A DNA stretch of 63,659 bases, counting the filler, from Neolecta irregularis DAH-3 (lineage: Eukaryota), in the NCBI GenBank assembly GCA_001929475.1. It is 11 parts of 11 records of this genome, joined end to end, with 100 filler letters (N's around TTAATTAATTAA, not from the genome) between each part and the next. Parts side by side here need not be neighbours in the genome. Positions count along the whole stretch, not along the records: positions 1 to 16,997 come from LXFE01000326.1; 10 more parts are not named here. One strand, written 5' to 3'. The notes under the pieces were generated by a model, which worked only from the letters and a program-made list of their open reading frames with translations, was not told where the DNA came from and made no database searches. Both the position numbers and the translations under genes were made by a program. Below are positions 1 to 12,424 of this stretch, piece after piece. Within the stretch, counting starts at the first letter, position 1. Each line of letters starts with the position of its first letter.

Positions 1-155
1 ATACCTTAATCTAAGCTTGTAGACTTTATGAGCTTAGGTTAAGGTATGCCCGCTAAGTCTTTATATGCTTTCTAAATACAATTGCCGTTATTTCTTTTCC
101 GCCACTTGCTTCATTGGTAAGATATATCCGGTAATACCCCGGATATATCCTTACA
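1..155 (+). mobile_element. 3' part of a solo LTR (Ty3/Gypsy chromovirus-like family), ending ...CCTTACA
   Basis: Near-identical to 33455-33609 and 39381-39446, with a diverged copy at 18504-18627. Ends in CA. Hairpin GATATATCCGG-N7-CCGGATATATC at 121-149. Confidence 0.65.
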
Positions 156-215
156 GTTGTAGAGTATTTGGGGGACTGGCATAAACTGGATAAGCCACGT
201 CACTAGTGACTAGAT

Positions 216-750
216 GACAACCTAAGAAATGAAAAACAAGACTCCCAAAATAACATCCACAGTGAAAAGAACCAGGTGAATCATTTTCGCACCATAAGCT
301 TTTGCAATAGACCCCTTCCGCATGCGAAATACAAGGGATGAGCAAAGTTTCAAGTATGTATTACTAAATTATGATATTAACTTCTGAGAATAAATAGAAG
401 ACAGTATTTAGAACGGTGACGATGCGTTCAATAGTTTAGCTCATCTGCCCAGGGTTTTGGGGTTGATTCATCTACTTCCATCGAAGTATACAAAGAAAAA
501 TGTCTCCACTCTGTGCACATTAGTGGGTTTTCAGATACTAAATGCAACCTCGTCGATGCAAACGACCTAGGGCACATTAACGGAGGCTGACTTTTGGTTT
601 CTTTTCATACTTTTTGATACTGCAATTGAACGCCTCATATCTAGAGGCATCCCCGATCCCAGATTCGACAAGAGAAGCGTGGTAAAGATGACAATGTGGT
701 TCATGTGGAAGGATCTCGAAGATAAAGAACGATTATTGAATGATCGATGA
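216..750 (+). pseudogene. Probable disrupted gene of unknown function
   Basis: Frame 412-750 (NGDDAFNSLAHLPRV...KERLLNDR*) is open except for one TAG at 568-570. Candidate intron ~354/358-411. 5' end lies next to the LTR. Confidence 0.3.
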
Positions 751-1902
751 TGTTTTAAAGCAGGTTTCTCAGACTCTACTTGTGAGAATATTCGCTCTTA
801 TAAACTCAGTCGCGTGGCGATCATCCCTATCAAAGTCTTGACATCACTCAAAACTGGCCTCGAAGCTAGATTAGGGGACCCACAATCCCGTATATTCCGG
901 TGCCAATGGTGTCTTGGATTGGTCGTCCATACCACGAGACAACCCTTGTTTATCGATCTGCATCCTAGCCTTGCCGGATCGATAGCCAATTGACCGGCAG
1001 CAGCGTAAGGACCCCTTATCTTTATATTCCTATAGTTCAAACACCTTATATTTTTCTAATCCCGTCACTAGTGTGAGATCTTTTGCACCCCGAAAGATCT
1101 CCACCGGTTTTGACATTGGAGCAGGAAAAAGAAAAGAAGGCGGATAACGGGGTCTCTGTGGGATTTGTCATCATGATTACCCGAAAATCTCCGGTCTTGC
1201 ACAAGGCCAAAAGGAAGTATTGAAAAAAGTTGTTTCTCTAACTTTGAAGGGGCAGGGAACTTTGTTTCACCGATAAATATACAACACTGATGTCAGACGG
1301 TAACCACACCTTTGTGTCAGAATTGATTGGCTACCGATTCCATCAGACTCGGGGAAACATTTGCGAATAACCTGCTTTATTGAACACTAAATGGACTTGC
1401 GGTTTCCAGGACCTTACATTCTTCGAAAGTATCGTCTTTCCTATTATCTTAATCCCTAAGATAACTTCAATATAACGAGATTCCACAAAGGGTGTTTAGT
1501 TCCACATTATTGAAAATAGTGAAATGACTATTCAGTGTGAATTTCTGCTAAAATAGCTTCACGATTTCAAGCTGGAAATAGTTTTTCTATATAAATTTGC
1601 AACCATCTGACCTCCACTTGCTTTTCTATAAAAACAAATGATATTTGATTAAGATGTCTCCGTTTTTCCTGTAGACGCAGGTGGCCACTGCCGCAGAAGC
1701 AGTCCTATTTTCTTTGAGATATTCTGAATGATAGGAAAAGTAAGGTTATTGTTATTATCTGAACTTATAAACGACAATAGCTAACATGGGCCAAAGAGAT
1801 GCGACTCCGTGATAACAAGTAAAAACGTACCAGGAAAAGGCTGATTTCCACCCCTGGAACCGATCTAGAAGCTCTGTCAGCGCGCAAGAAACTCGTATAC
1901 TT

Positions 1903-3538
1903 GGTATTTTCTGGTTATCTGATGGGTTTTCTCTTCCTTGATTTTACTACAATGGCGTAGCTCATTCTTGTAAATCTATAAGTAGTCCTGTATCTGCACA
2001 TTTGTAGGACGATTGGATAATGCTCTATCCATCCCGCTAAAAATCAAGAAATCGTTTTCATCTTTTCCCTCATTTTCCTCTGTTTCCAGAATCCCAAAAA
2101 CTTCAAAGGCTTTACAACTACAACCTGTGTGTAACAAGATCACTGAGATCATTTTTAATTGATAGCGTTTGGTGATCTGCATGCTTGTGTTTCTTGATTA
2201 GCAAGACAGGCCACACCGGAGCAATATATACGTAGTTGCCCGTATTCCTGAAGCGCGATCGTATATACCCAGTGAAGCCTCCTGAGTGGCAAGCCCGGAC
2301 ACCCAACGCTCACACTTGTCGCACAAAAACGGTACACGTAGCATTTTCTGGTTATCTGATTGGCTTTTCTATTATTATACACTTCCTTGGTTTACTACAA
2401 TGACGTGGCTCATGCTTGTAAAATTATAAGTAATCATGTAGCTGCCTTTTGTAAGGTGTTGGATAATGCTCTATCCATCCACGCAAAGAATCGATGAAAC
2501 GTTTTCGCTTCATCTCCTCTAAGAATCGGTTCTGATATATATCAGAATCCCCCTGAAAAACTCTACAACCAGAATCTGCGCGACAGGCTCAATATGGTGA
2601 GATATTCAAAAAGGTGAGTAGTTTCACGATGATGAAAATAGCGAAACTAGCTATTCAAGGTGAAATCCTGTCACATCGTTTCACGACTTCGGCCAGGAAA
2701 ATAGCTTGCTGTGCACTGTATAAATAAACTTGTACAGCCGTCTGACCTTCAGCATTATTCCCTCGTTTTAACAAGCCTTCTTTATCTCAAATTCCCTCAA
2801 CATGAAGCGGTTTTTCTATACACTTGTTGCGATGTTCGCTTTGAGTCATTTGGGTTCGGCGATACCGTTGGACGACAGCCCTTTGACTCAACAAAGAGAT
2901 CCCTTATCTCAAAGTATGAATCAAACTTTACCTGTGAACTCGTGCTTATACGTTCTAGACTATCGTTTGATCCAAAGATGTAGCCTTCTCCAGCTAGAAT
3001 GCTAATTAGGTATAGCTTTGTTTTCGTTCTGGGCCTCGATGGTGAAGAAATCTGACGTTCGGGGGGAACCTGCCAAGAGTTAGGATTCCGATGTCTAGTT
3101 TTCTTTCTGTGCTAAATTTTTTAGATGGCTAGTAATCATGGAATTAGTGGGTTTGTTTTTTATTAGAAAAAGGTTGACACCATTCTTTGCGGATTGCTTC
3201 GTCATATATGGTTAATGTTTGTGGTCATTTATTTCTGAGCTTGTCACAGGAAAATGGTGCACGTGGTATTTTCCGGCTATCTGATGGGTTTTCTCTTCCT
3301 TGATTTACTACAATGACGTGGCTCATACTTGTAAATCTATAAGTAGTCCTGTATCTACACATTTGTAGGATGAATGGGTAATGCTCTATTCATCCCGCTA
3401 AGAATCAAAGAATTGGTTTTATCCTCTGTTTCCCAGAATCCTAAAACTTCAAAGGCTTTACAACTACAACCTGTGTAACAAGATCACTGAGATCATTTTT
3501 TATTGATAGCGTTTGGTGATCTGCATGCTTGTGTTTCT
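1903..3538. repeat. Three copies of a ~170-290 bp block (1903-2193, 2343-2510, 3265-3538)
   Basis: Shared string ttatctgatgggttttctcttccttgatttactacaatg...ggataatgctctatccatcc. Copies 1 and 3 also share ...gatagcgtttggtgatctgcatgcttgtgtttct. Confidence 0.85.
2802..3005 (+). CDS. Small putative secreted peptide
   Basis: MKRFFYTLVAMFALSHLGSA-IP has signal-peptide architecture. TATAAATAA near 2718. Possible in-frame 45-nt intron 2914-2958. Confidence 0.45.
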   Translation: MKRFFYTLVAMFALSHLGSAIPLDDSPLTQQRDPLSQSMNQTLPVNSCLYVLDYRLIQRCSLLQLEC

Positions 3539-4016
3539 ACAAAACCAACGATATTCGATCCAGCAATCTTTGCTAGTCTGACTAGATTCTCTTCTTGTGC
3601 TTTTACAATAGTATGAAGCTATGGCCGGCACGAATTTGAGCCCTCTTCACATTTCTATCTTTTTTTGTTCAGATGCGAGTGTATCTCGGCTCTTGGTGGT
3701 GATGCACAGTCCTCGATTATTAGAACATGTTTGTTCAGCAAGGATGCTAAAGTAGATTTCGTGTTAACTGCCTATCATCACCGACTATTGTAGTGTTTAT
3801 TCCCACTACTAAATACAATAGCAGGTGTAGAAATAACCAAATAGAGAGAACTTGAAAAATATAGCGTAGTGCCAATTCTTTTTTCACTAGTGAATAGAAA
3901 GAAAATATGAAAAGAATATTTGGCAGCGAATTTGCGTCATTGTTTCGTGTTCGCCCCCACTAATTTGTGTATACAGGACAGAAAACAAAAACACTCACCG
4001 CCATCCTCCTACTGCC

Positions 4017-6789
4017 ATGGCCCTTAACAGCTCCGATCCCAATGCTGGTAAGGCCCATAGCTCCTCTGAAACAACTGTTTCTGCCTTTGTCACTTCCGTT
4101 GTCGCCTTTATAGGCCTATTCTTGTTACAGATCATTATCTTTACGCTGCTGAGAAACATCAACAAGCGAATATATCAGCCTCGCACTGTGAATTCTCCCT
4201 GCTTTATCCCACGCTGATTCTCAGTTTGTTGAAACAGTGCCGGAGAAGTAGTCCTGACTTAATTGCAGGAGAATGTTCTAACAAAAGCAGGAGGCGAGTC
4301 ATTCCGCTGTCTCCAGGTCCCTTTGCATGGCTCATCCCTGTTTTTACAACCTCTCCTGAAGAAGTCATCCTAAAGGTCGGCCTGGATGGATACTTCTTTC
4401 TCCGTTTTCTTCGCATCTTCTTAACCTTGTTTGCCGGGGCAATGGTCATCACTTGGCCAATACTTCTTCCTTTAAACAAAATTAATGGAAGGGGAACCTC
4501 GGATGGTAACAGTATTTCAGGTCTCGATGTGTATGCTTTTGGAAACGTTCGACCCGAGAACAGAGATCGGTACTGGGCTCATACAATTCTTGCTTGCATA
4601 TTCATCGGTTAGCTACAGGAAGATGATTTTTTTGACAATAGGATTCATTCTCTATACATTCTACCGCGAGTTACGAGATTTCATTGGGGTTCGACAAAGC
4701 TATCTCACATCCTCGACGCATAAATATCGAGCTGGAGCCACTACAATTCTTGTTACGACGATCCCTCGATCTGACCTCGAAGAAGAAAAGTTGAAAGAAA
4801 TATTCAGTGTATTTCCCGGTGGAGTCAAAAACGTATGGATAAATCGGTATCGCATATTCAGGTGCTATATTAATTAAAAAGAAACTGTGAAACCCTTCTT
4901 GAAAAAGTTAAAGAACGAGATAATATTGCCAAGCAACTGGAAGGTGCAGAATGCGATGTTATTCAACTCGCCAACAAACGCTACCGAAAATACCCAAAAA
5001 AAGTTGAAAAAGGCAAGACTACTGTAGAAACTGAAACACAAAAAGATGCAGAAGCACATATTTCATCAGTCTTGTCACAATGGGTTCCACAGAATAAGAG
5101 GCCGACTCATCGTCGGCCAATTTTTTCATGGATGATCTCGTTGCCACTTGTTGGGAAGAAAGTTGATACAATAGACTGGTGTCGATCCGAACTTGCAAAG
5201 CTCAACCATGAAATTGAGGAAGAACAATCCCACCCAGAAAAGATCAGGCGTATGAATTCTGCATTCATCCAATTTCATAGTCAGATTGCGGCTCATATGG
5301 CTGCTCAATGTGTTGCCCATGAAAGAAGTCATTACATGACACCACGATATATCGAAATTGCTCCTGACGACGTCATTTGGGAAAATATGAGACTTCTTTG
5401 GTGGGAGCGATACATTCGATTCGGGATAACCATCGCTGCGGCTCTATGTCTGATTATATTCTGGGCTATTCCATCGGCTTTTATCGGAGGAATATCGAGT
5501 ATTGATGCCTTGACTACAAAAGTGCCGTCTCTCGATTTCGTTTATCGTTTACCGGAAAAATTACAGGGAATAATTACAGGAGTTTTGCCAGTTGTGCTCT
5601 TGTCTATTCTACTGACCCTGCCTCCGATCATTTTCAGAGGTTTTGCGAAGAGTTGTGCAACTTGTTGACGGTGTAGCTCTTGCGAAACAACAAGGTCATC
5701 CCACCTACACTCAAGTCGAGCTGATGGTCCAAAGACTATACTTTCCTTTCTTGGTTATTCAAGTTTTTCTGGTCCTTACCATTTCACAAGGAGTGTCTAA
5801 AACCATTGCGTTAATCATCGATAATCCATCTAATGTAACAAGTATACTCGCGGGGAACCTCCCTGGTGCAGCGAATTTTTTCTTTTCCTGGATTCTTGCT
5901 CAAGGATTTACAGTTTCTGCAGGAGCATTATTACAAGTCACCGGATTGATCTTGTTTTTCTTATTCGGAAAGCTGTTTGACAATACTCCTCGAAAGAAAT
6001 GGTTTCGATTCACTAGATTGCCAGGGCTCGGCTGGGGGACAACTTTTCCCTCATTCGCAAATATCGCAGTGATTGGTGCACAATTGCTATTGCTCTATCT
6101 AATTTTCAGGTATAACATATTCCATTATCGCACCACTTATCCTCGTTTTCGTGACTGCAGCCATGTTTTTATTCTATTGTGTCTACATGTACAATCTCCT
6201 CTATGTCTACGATTTTCAAGTCGACACCGGCGGTCTCGCGTTTCCGTTGGTGTTGTTTCAGACTCTTACAGGGGTATATCTGCTGGAAGTCTGTTTGATT
6301 GGTTTATTCTTCATTGCAAAAGCTCGAGCTCAGGCGATTGTAATGATTGCCGCTTTAGCCCTCACAACTATATTCCATATCTTGCTGGGAAAATGGTTTA
6401 ATCCACTCATTGAATATATACCGATCACGCTTTCTCCCCCAGAGTCTGAAGAGGAAACCCAAGGAAAATCACGCTACGTCGCTGCTGAGAAGGATATTTC
6501 ATCATTGGATGAATCTGTTTTCCAGGAACTAGTAGGGAATATGACGCCAGAACTTCGTGAGCGGCTTATTGCCCGAGCATACGCTCATTTCGCATTACGA
6601 GCACCAAAACCGATATTGTGGGTTCCTGAGGATGCATTGGGAGTTTCAAAAGAGGAGATTAGAGCATCCCAGGTGGTTGGAGACGGCAATATCGAGATGA
6701 CTGATGAAGGCGCTTCTATTGATGAGGAGGGGACCTTGAGGATAACAGGGAAGGCTCCTGACTGGCTGCCCAGTTTTAACGAGCTTTGA
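4017..6789 (+). CDS. CSC1/OSCA/TMEM63 (RSN1/PHM7, DUF221) calcium-permeable stress-gated channel, multi-exon
   Basis: Motifs IYQPRT, GLDGYFFLRFLR, RYWAH, SAFIQF, APDDVIWENM, LPGAANFF, TPRKKW, DTGGLAFP across exons joined by 34-45 nt introns. Confidence 0.93.
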
Positions 6790-6902
6790 TTTGGAGATAT
6801 TGTTACTTTTTTCAGCTAGGAGTTGATTTGCTGGTTTGAATTTATGTGCGCATCTTATAGAGCATGGAGTTTTTAGCTATCTTTTAATTTTCTTTTTTTC
6901 AA

Positions 6903-7384
6903 ATGATTCCAACAACGAAACTGACCTCCCGCGTCATTGACAATGAAGCCACAGAACTCGCAATAACCGATTTCTCAGATCGAATACTTTTGATGGTATC
7001 ACAAAAATCCCGTTTAGGTCAAATTGTGCGCATTTTTCACCTGGATATCTAATGATCAAGATCTCAGTTCCCTTGAATGTTGATCTCCCACAAACTACAA
7101 ATGAACCTTTAGAAAAAGCACTGCCCAATCAGTTGCACGATCCTGATTTTCGTCTCACACCAAAACTATTACTCGGCGCCTCAACTGAAGCACGAACGGA
7201 ACTCGCAAAGTTCCTAGCAGTTCATATCGCAAGTCAAATCAAACGGGAAAGCCGTGATGAGAAGAGGATTTTAGTTGTTATGATTGGATTGTCGAGATTA
7301 GATGGCATCGAAGATGATATATATGGGACGAAGAAATTAAGCGAAGGGATTTTAGAAATGATGACAGAATGTCGAATGTGGTGA
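6903..7384 (+). CDS. Proteasome assembly chaperone 3 (PAC3/PSMG3-like)
   Basis: MIPTTKLTSRVIDNEATELAITDFSDRILLMVSQKSRLGQI | ISVPL...LTPKLLLG...IASQI...LVVMIGL. One intron (GTGCGC...AAG). Confidence 0.7.
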
Positions 7385-7434
7385 AAATTTCTGTGAAGAG
7401 ATCAAGGATAATTTATGTACGGGGAAAAAATCAT

Positions 7435-7853
7435 CTATTGCGCACTAGCGCTAACGAGAATATCTGAATCACCAGCATCAGTAACTGTCAATACACCAAC
7501 TCGAAAGAGTTTTCCGCAGGCTGTTCCTAGATCCGTACTATCAAATCAGTACGGATGCCTCATGTATGGAAAACATACTTTGTTCCGCTATAATGATGTA
7601 CTGAAGTTTTGCTCAACATAGCATAATATTCCAACTCGGATTTCCGTAAAGGAGGGCAGTTGCCAGAGATTATGACAAGTTTAGCTAATACGAGTTAGCT
7701 GGAAAAGTCCACTCCTCGTATGCAACCTTTTCCGGATCGCAGAGTCTTTAGAGTTGATTTGTAGCCAAGGTTATACTTTCCAGATTTCATCACCAGAGCG
7801 AGCTTGGAGTTCACTGAAGAGGCATCTCTCTTGGATTTCTTAACGGGTGCCAT
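7435..7853 (-). CDS. RPL30: 60S ribosomal protein L30 (eL30)
   Basis: Manual translation: [69 protein letters not shown]...[26 protein letters not shown]. Two coding introns. Confidence 0.96.
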
Positions 7854-7974
7854 TTCTAGATTGTTAGATACTGGTCAAACAATATTTCTACCTGGAATAT
7901 GATACTTTAGTTGGTGGTGGATGGGGTCCGATCAATGTGAGTTTTTGGTAATTTAGTTAATTCGGTTACTAAGA

Positions 7975-7982
7975 CAGTCACA
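7975..7982 (+). promoter_or_regulatory. Homol-D box CAGTCACA in the RPL30/RPL10 divergent promoter
   Basis: Exact CAGTCACA between two head-to-head ribosomal protein genes. Established RP-gene promoter element in fission yeast. Confidence 0.75.
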
Positions 7983-8068
7983 TGGTAATTAGTGGTCATT
8001 TAGTCATCGCTTCAAGGTGGTCACCGCCAATTTTCAAAAGCGTTTAAACCTACCTTGGTTCCTGCGTA

Positions 8069-8927
8069 ATGGCTCGAAGACCTGCCCGTTGTTACAGATG
8101 TAAAACCCCTTATTTTTTGAACGCCTAATTGAAATAATAGACCGTAAGAATAAACCTTATCCCAAATCACGGTTTAACAGAGGTGTTCCCGATGCAAAGG
8201 TATGTTTTCTGCTCCGGTGTAAACTTACAATAGATCCGCATCTTCGACCTGGGTCGGAAAAGGGCCAATGTAGATGAATTCCCTCTCTGCGTTCACTTAA
8301 TTTCGAACGAATTCGAACAGCTTTCCAGCGAAGCTCTCGAAGCAGCAAGAATTTGCGCTAATAAATATCTCTCCAAAGTCGCAGGAAAAGACAACTTCCA
8401 CCTTCGAGTCCGTGTTCATCCATACCATGTTGTTCGGATTAACAGTATTTACCTTCTTTGTCGCTTTTCGGGTATTGACCAAGTAGAAATGTTGTCTTGT
8501 GCTGGTGCCGATCGCCTTCAAACTGGAATGAGGGGAGCATTCGGGAAACCCTCGTACGATCTTTTTTTCTCTTTTTGATTCAAAATACTTATTACTAGCG
8601 GAATCGTTGCTCGAGTTGATATCGGACAAATTCTCATGTCTTGTCGAACTAAGGACTCTCAACGAGCCACCGCCATTGAAGCCCTAAGAAGATGTCAATA
8701 TAAATTCCCTGGGCGACAAAAGATTGTGTAAGGCATGTTTTGAATATTCCCACTGAATTTCCAGTGTTTCGAAGAAATGGGGATTCACATCTCTTAACCG
8801 GGATGATTATGTTGCTAAACGACAACGTGGTGAAGTAAAGGTCGATGGATGTTATGTCAAGTTCTTGCCTAAGCATGGACCCATTGAAGCCAACATGAAG
8901 GCTTTTCCTCTAGCTTTCTCGACCTAG
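8069..8927 (+). CDS. RPL10: 60S ribosomal protein L10 (uL16)
   Basis: [30 protein letters not shown]|...[15 protein letters not shown]...[31 protein letters not shown]. Five short introns. Confidence 0.97.
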
Positions 8928-9472
8928 ATATATATGTTGTATATCTGATTAAGTCATTACACATAGCACATGGATTTTGTCAGTCATCCAATCACGTCTT
9001 TCTATCTCCGATCCGCGTGGTTTTTACCTTGTGAATATGATGAAGACTCAAAGAGTGAGCCTCGATGTGCAGATGCAAAAAACGACAGCGCCGATCACAA
9101 ACCTATCTTTGCCAACCCCAAATATCTGGCCTGAGTATTCATGATTTGGTAAGGGAAAACTAGTCCTGAAAATGATTCTATTTCTTTTGGCACTACACCC
9201 AATACTCTTAAAAGGTAATCTAAAGACCAAAACGAGAACGAGTATTTACAGCTCGCTTCTGAGCCTGCTCTAAAGCGGTTCCTGTCTCACAATCTGTATT
9301 CGTCAGATTTCTTGCCTATTCGTAGGTCTGTACCGCTCGAGGGATCTGTTGTACCAGAACCCGGAATCCGAGTTTTACCTGTTCCTTCCCCGGAAGGACC
9401 GCCGCTCTTCGTTGTTTTTTTCTTACAGACACCAGTACTATGCAGGTCAGAAGATCCCCCAGTGCCAGTGAT

Positions 9473-10399
9473 CTACCCAATACTGGGAGGAACAGAATTA
9501 CCGGAAGCTGCAGTGGGATTGCCCTTCAATCTCCTGGTACTATTTATTAAATTGCGATCAACGGAAAGAAAACCCACAGATCATCAATATCTTGACTAGT
9601 AATGGCTGATCTCAAAAGTTTATTTGTGTAACCCTTCGTCTGTTACGCAAAGCTAGAGTCCAAACATACGCATCCGATGGTATCATTCTTATCATCACAG
9701 GAGTTTGCGGCTTCATTGTTCCTATCTTGACCCTGAGCAAGCGGAGCAAAGGTCGCCGATTCAAGAGCAAGATATGGATCTGCTCCTATAAGATAAAGCT
9801 GTTTAGCAAGAGCCAGTTCGCTTTCCCTGTTGACTTTGGATGCTTCACTCGACGACGGGTCTGCATATTAAAGAATTTGCCTGCAAATTTCATCGTTACC
9901 TTGATGCCGCGGGATTGACTCAATTTGAGAATTTAAAGGCTTAACTGCTGTACACACAATACTTGAGAGTCCAGCTATTCCAGTGTTTCTTTCCAACGCT
10001 TGATACACGAGAGCGGCAGCCATCCCTTCAATGTCCTTGATTTTTTGGCAATTCGTAAAGGCTTGGTCTAAAGCATTAGCTTGGCTCTACCGAGCGTATG
10101 TGACCAGCGATTATCATTTGTAAACAGTTTAGCTTTTCTGGCGTCTTCTCTAGCAGTCCAGCTCCAGCGGCAGCAGCATTATTTCCAATCAAGCCAAAAA
10201 CAGGGTCGACAATCTTAAGAGGATTGTCCTGCTGGAGACATGTTTGGGTTACCCTAAGATACTTCTCGTGAGAATGTTCTCGTGTTTAGATTCTACTTGA
10301 AGACGAAATACCCTGAGGAAGCTCTCTTTTTCGAAGCAGGGGACGACCAAATGCCAAGGGCACTAAGGAAAAGACAATGAGAGAAAAAACAGACTTCAT
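9473..10399 (-). CDS. Secreted conserved hypothetical fungal protein, multi-exon
   Basis: Signal peptide MKSVFSLIVFSLVPLAFG and a Kex2-like RKR site, then PQ|EHSHEK...DPVFGLIGNNAAAAGAG...CLQ..ADQAFTN...ALERNTG...HQ|DP...ALESATFAP...NSCDD. This motif series is typical of a widespread uncharacterised fungal family. Confidence 0.75.
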
Positions 10400-11545
10400 A
10401 TCTTGTAACGATCGAATAAGTAAGCCAACCAGGGCGGGTAATATAAAAGTTGATTGAAGAAAGGCGAGAAAATGTTTGGAGCAAAGCAAGATTCTCTGGT
10501 TTATATAGAATTCCAAAGGACTAATCTAGCTATTGTCTGACCAGGACGAGTGTCAGGAAACGATGAAACGTCCGTCTAAATACATATTCGGATAATATCG
10601 TCACAAGTGAAAAATTGGTCAAAATTGGTCTCGAGATGAAAACTTTGTTACCGGACAAAGGTTCTTTCATCGGGTTATTGAAAAAGATTGAACAGCATTG
10701 ATATTATCAGCAGATAAAGCTCTTTGAATTTCGAGCCCCTGTCAGATAAACGCTTTTAGCGGCTTCAGATCGCCTCTCGTCCTATATATGTGTAGTCTAT
10801 CTATATATAGAATACGCGAGTGATACTGGGCTTGCACCACAATTGGTCAATTTAAGTCGAAACAGCCTTGGGTGACCGTGTCGCCGAGCTTAGTTGATAG
10901 TTAAAATGTCATGGTGGATTTAGCGTAGAAGTGGAGTCATATAATGGATATTTCATGCAACTATACATACTAAACACATGGGCAGGGTGAAACAGCTGTC
11001 CAGATATTCCTCGGCTGCATTTCCTACGTCAAAGTGGTGGTAGAAACTTTAGACGTCGACATTATCCTCTCATGAAACCACTGAGGTATTCAGGAGGGCA
11101 AAGGTTAATTATTCCAATGTTCTACGGGTTCTTTCTTAGTATACACGCTTGCATGCTCACTAAGGTTCCACCTCGCCCGCTGCGATGCCCTCGTCACCCG
11201 AGAGCACCGCCATCACCCTCCTCGCTCGCTACGCCCGCTGTCTCGCACGGCCGGCGGAACCATGCCTCTAAGGCGTGGGTCCTGCGAGGGTGTCCGCATC
11301 TCCCCCAGCTGGGCGCCGCTGTAGTAGGCGATGAGATGCAGGCGATACTGACCAACTGCTTCACAAAGATGTTGAGCTTGTATACCAGGCTGCCATCATG
11401 ACTGTCTGAGTCTGGTGAGCCCCTTGCTCGGTGGCCCTCCATCTCCATCTTGTGGGAGCAAGCTGCAGCTGACCCTGCTCCTGCTGTTCCCCTCACATAC
11501 CATGCTGCCCCTGCTGTATTTTGAAGAATTTGGGAGGATCCTCAC

Positions 11546-11683
11546 CCAAGGCGCGCCTAAAATTCGAATTCTTTGAAAAGCCATCTTTTATAAAATGTAG
11601 TTCTCACCAAACGCGCGCTGAAAATTCGAATTTTTTGAAAAGCCATATTTTATAAAATGTGGAGCGCACCAAACGCACCCTAA
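11546..11683. mobile_element. Tourist/PIF-Harbinger-like MITE end with an internal duplication
   Basis: Two ~60-bp units (aaaattcgaatt.tttgaaaagccat.ttttataaaatgt) ending CCAAACGCACCC+TAA, which is the reverse complement of TTA+GGGTGCGTTTGG. Related end at 51127. Confidence 0.6.
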
Positions 11684-12424
11684 GTCAATTGAACGTCACT
11701 GATGAAGGATAAATAGTTGAATTGTAACACCTATGTTCATTTTTTGCATGCTGAACATAGGTGAGTATCATGTTGATCTTAACACGCTGAATATAGTTTG
11801 GTTCAGTCTTAACTTGCCGTCGTATCTAGTGTTCCACTATATATCTACGTTTGCATAATACAGGAATACGTATATAGTGGGTTTACAGATGTCCGACGGC
11901 TGCATTTTGCTCCGATAAACTAACCAACCGGAAAATAAACTTATACATTCAGTGCACAAAGATGTGTCAGTTTATCAAGAAGCTAATCGATGTTTGGCTT
12001 AAGAACAAGCTTTTATATACAGGGTTTCAATCAAAAATCTATCTGAATTCATCGTCTAGTAGATCATAGCACAGAGTTGCAGTAATATTTCCGTGACTTC
12101 TGGTGGAAAGGTCTTGCGGAATGCGAAAGAGAAATAGCATATTTTATATCTGTATCTGGCAAAAAATAGTCTTGGAGAGAACGAGATGTGGAGTAGAAAG
12201 AATATGAGGAAAAGGAACCAAAGGTTTGACTCTGTTTCTTATTGTGATATCTATTTCCCGACTAACACTATCATTAGACAACCTTAACGTGACGAGTTCT
12301 TAGTTGGAAGAAATCGACTTGCGGCAAAATGGGTTTTTATATCTGAAAATGAGTCGAGTTGGATCCAAATTAGAGATCCAAAGAATCAAACCTCACCACC
12401 ATCCAAGAGCAATACATAGTCCCA

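Noticed and set aside
8157-8876. Minus-strand ORFs in the track
   Set aside because: Antisense to RPL10 exons.
9312-9599. Pro/Val-rich plus-strand ORF
   Set aside because: Antisense shadow of the Gly/Thr-rich tail of the minus-strand secreted gene.
11072-11584. GC-rich island with overlapping ORFs
   Set aside because: No recognisable motif; next to a MITE and probably repeat debris.
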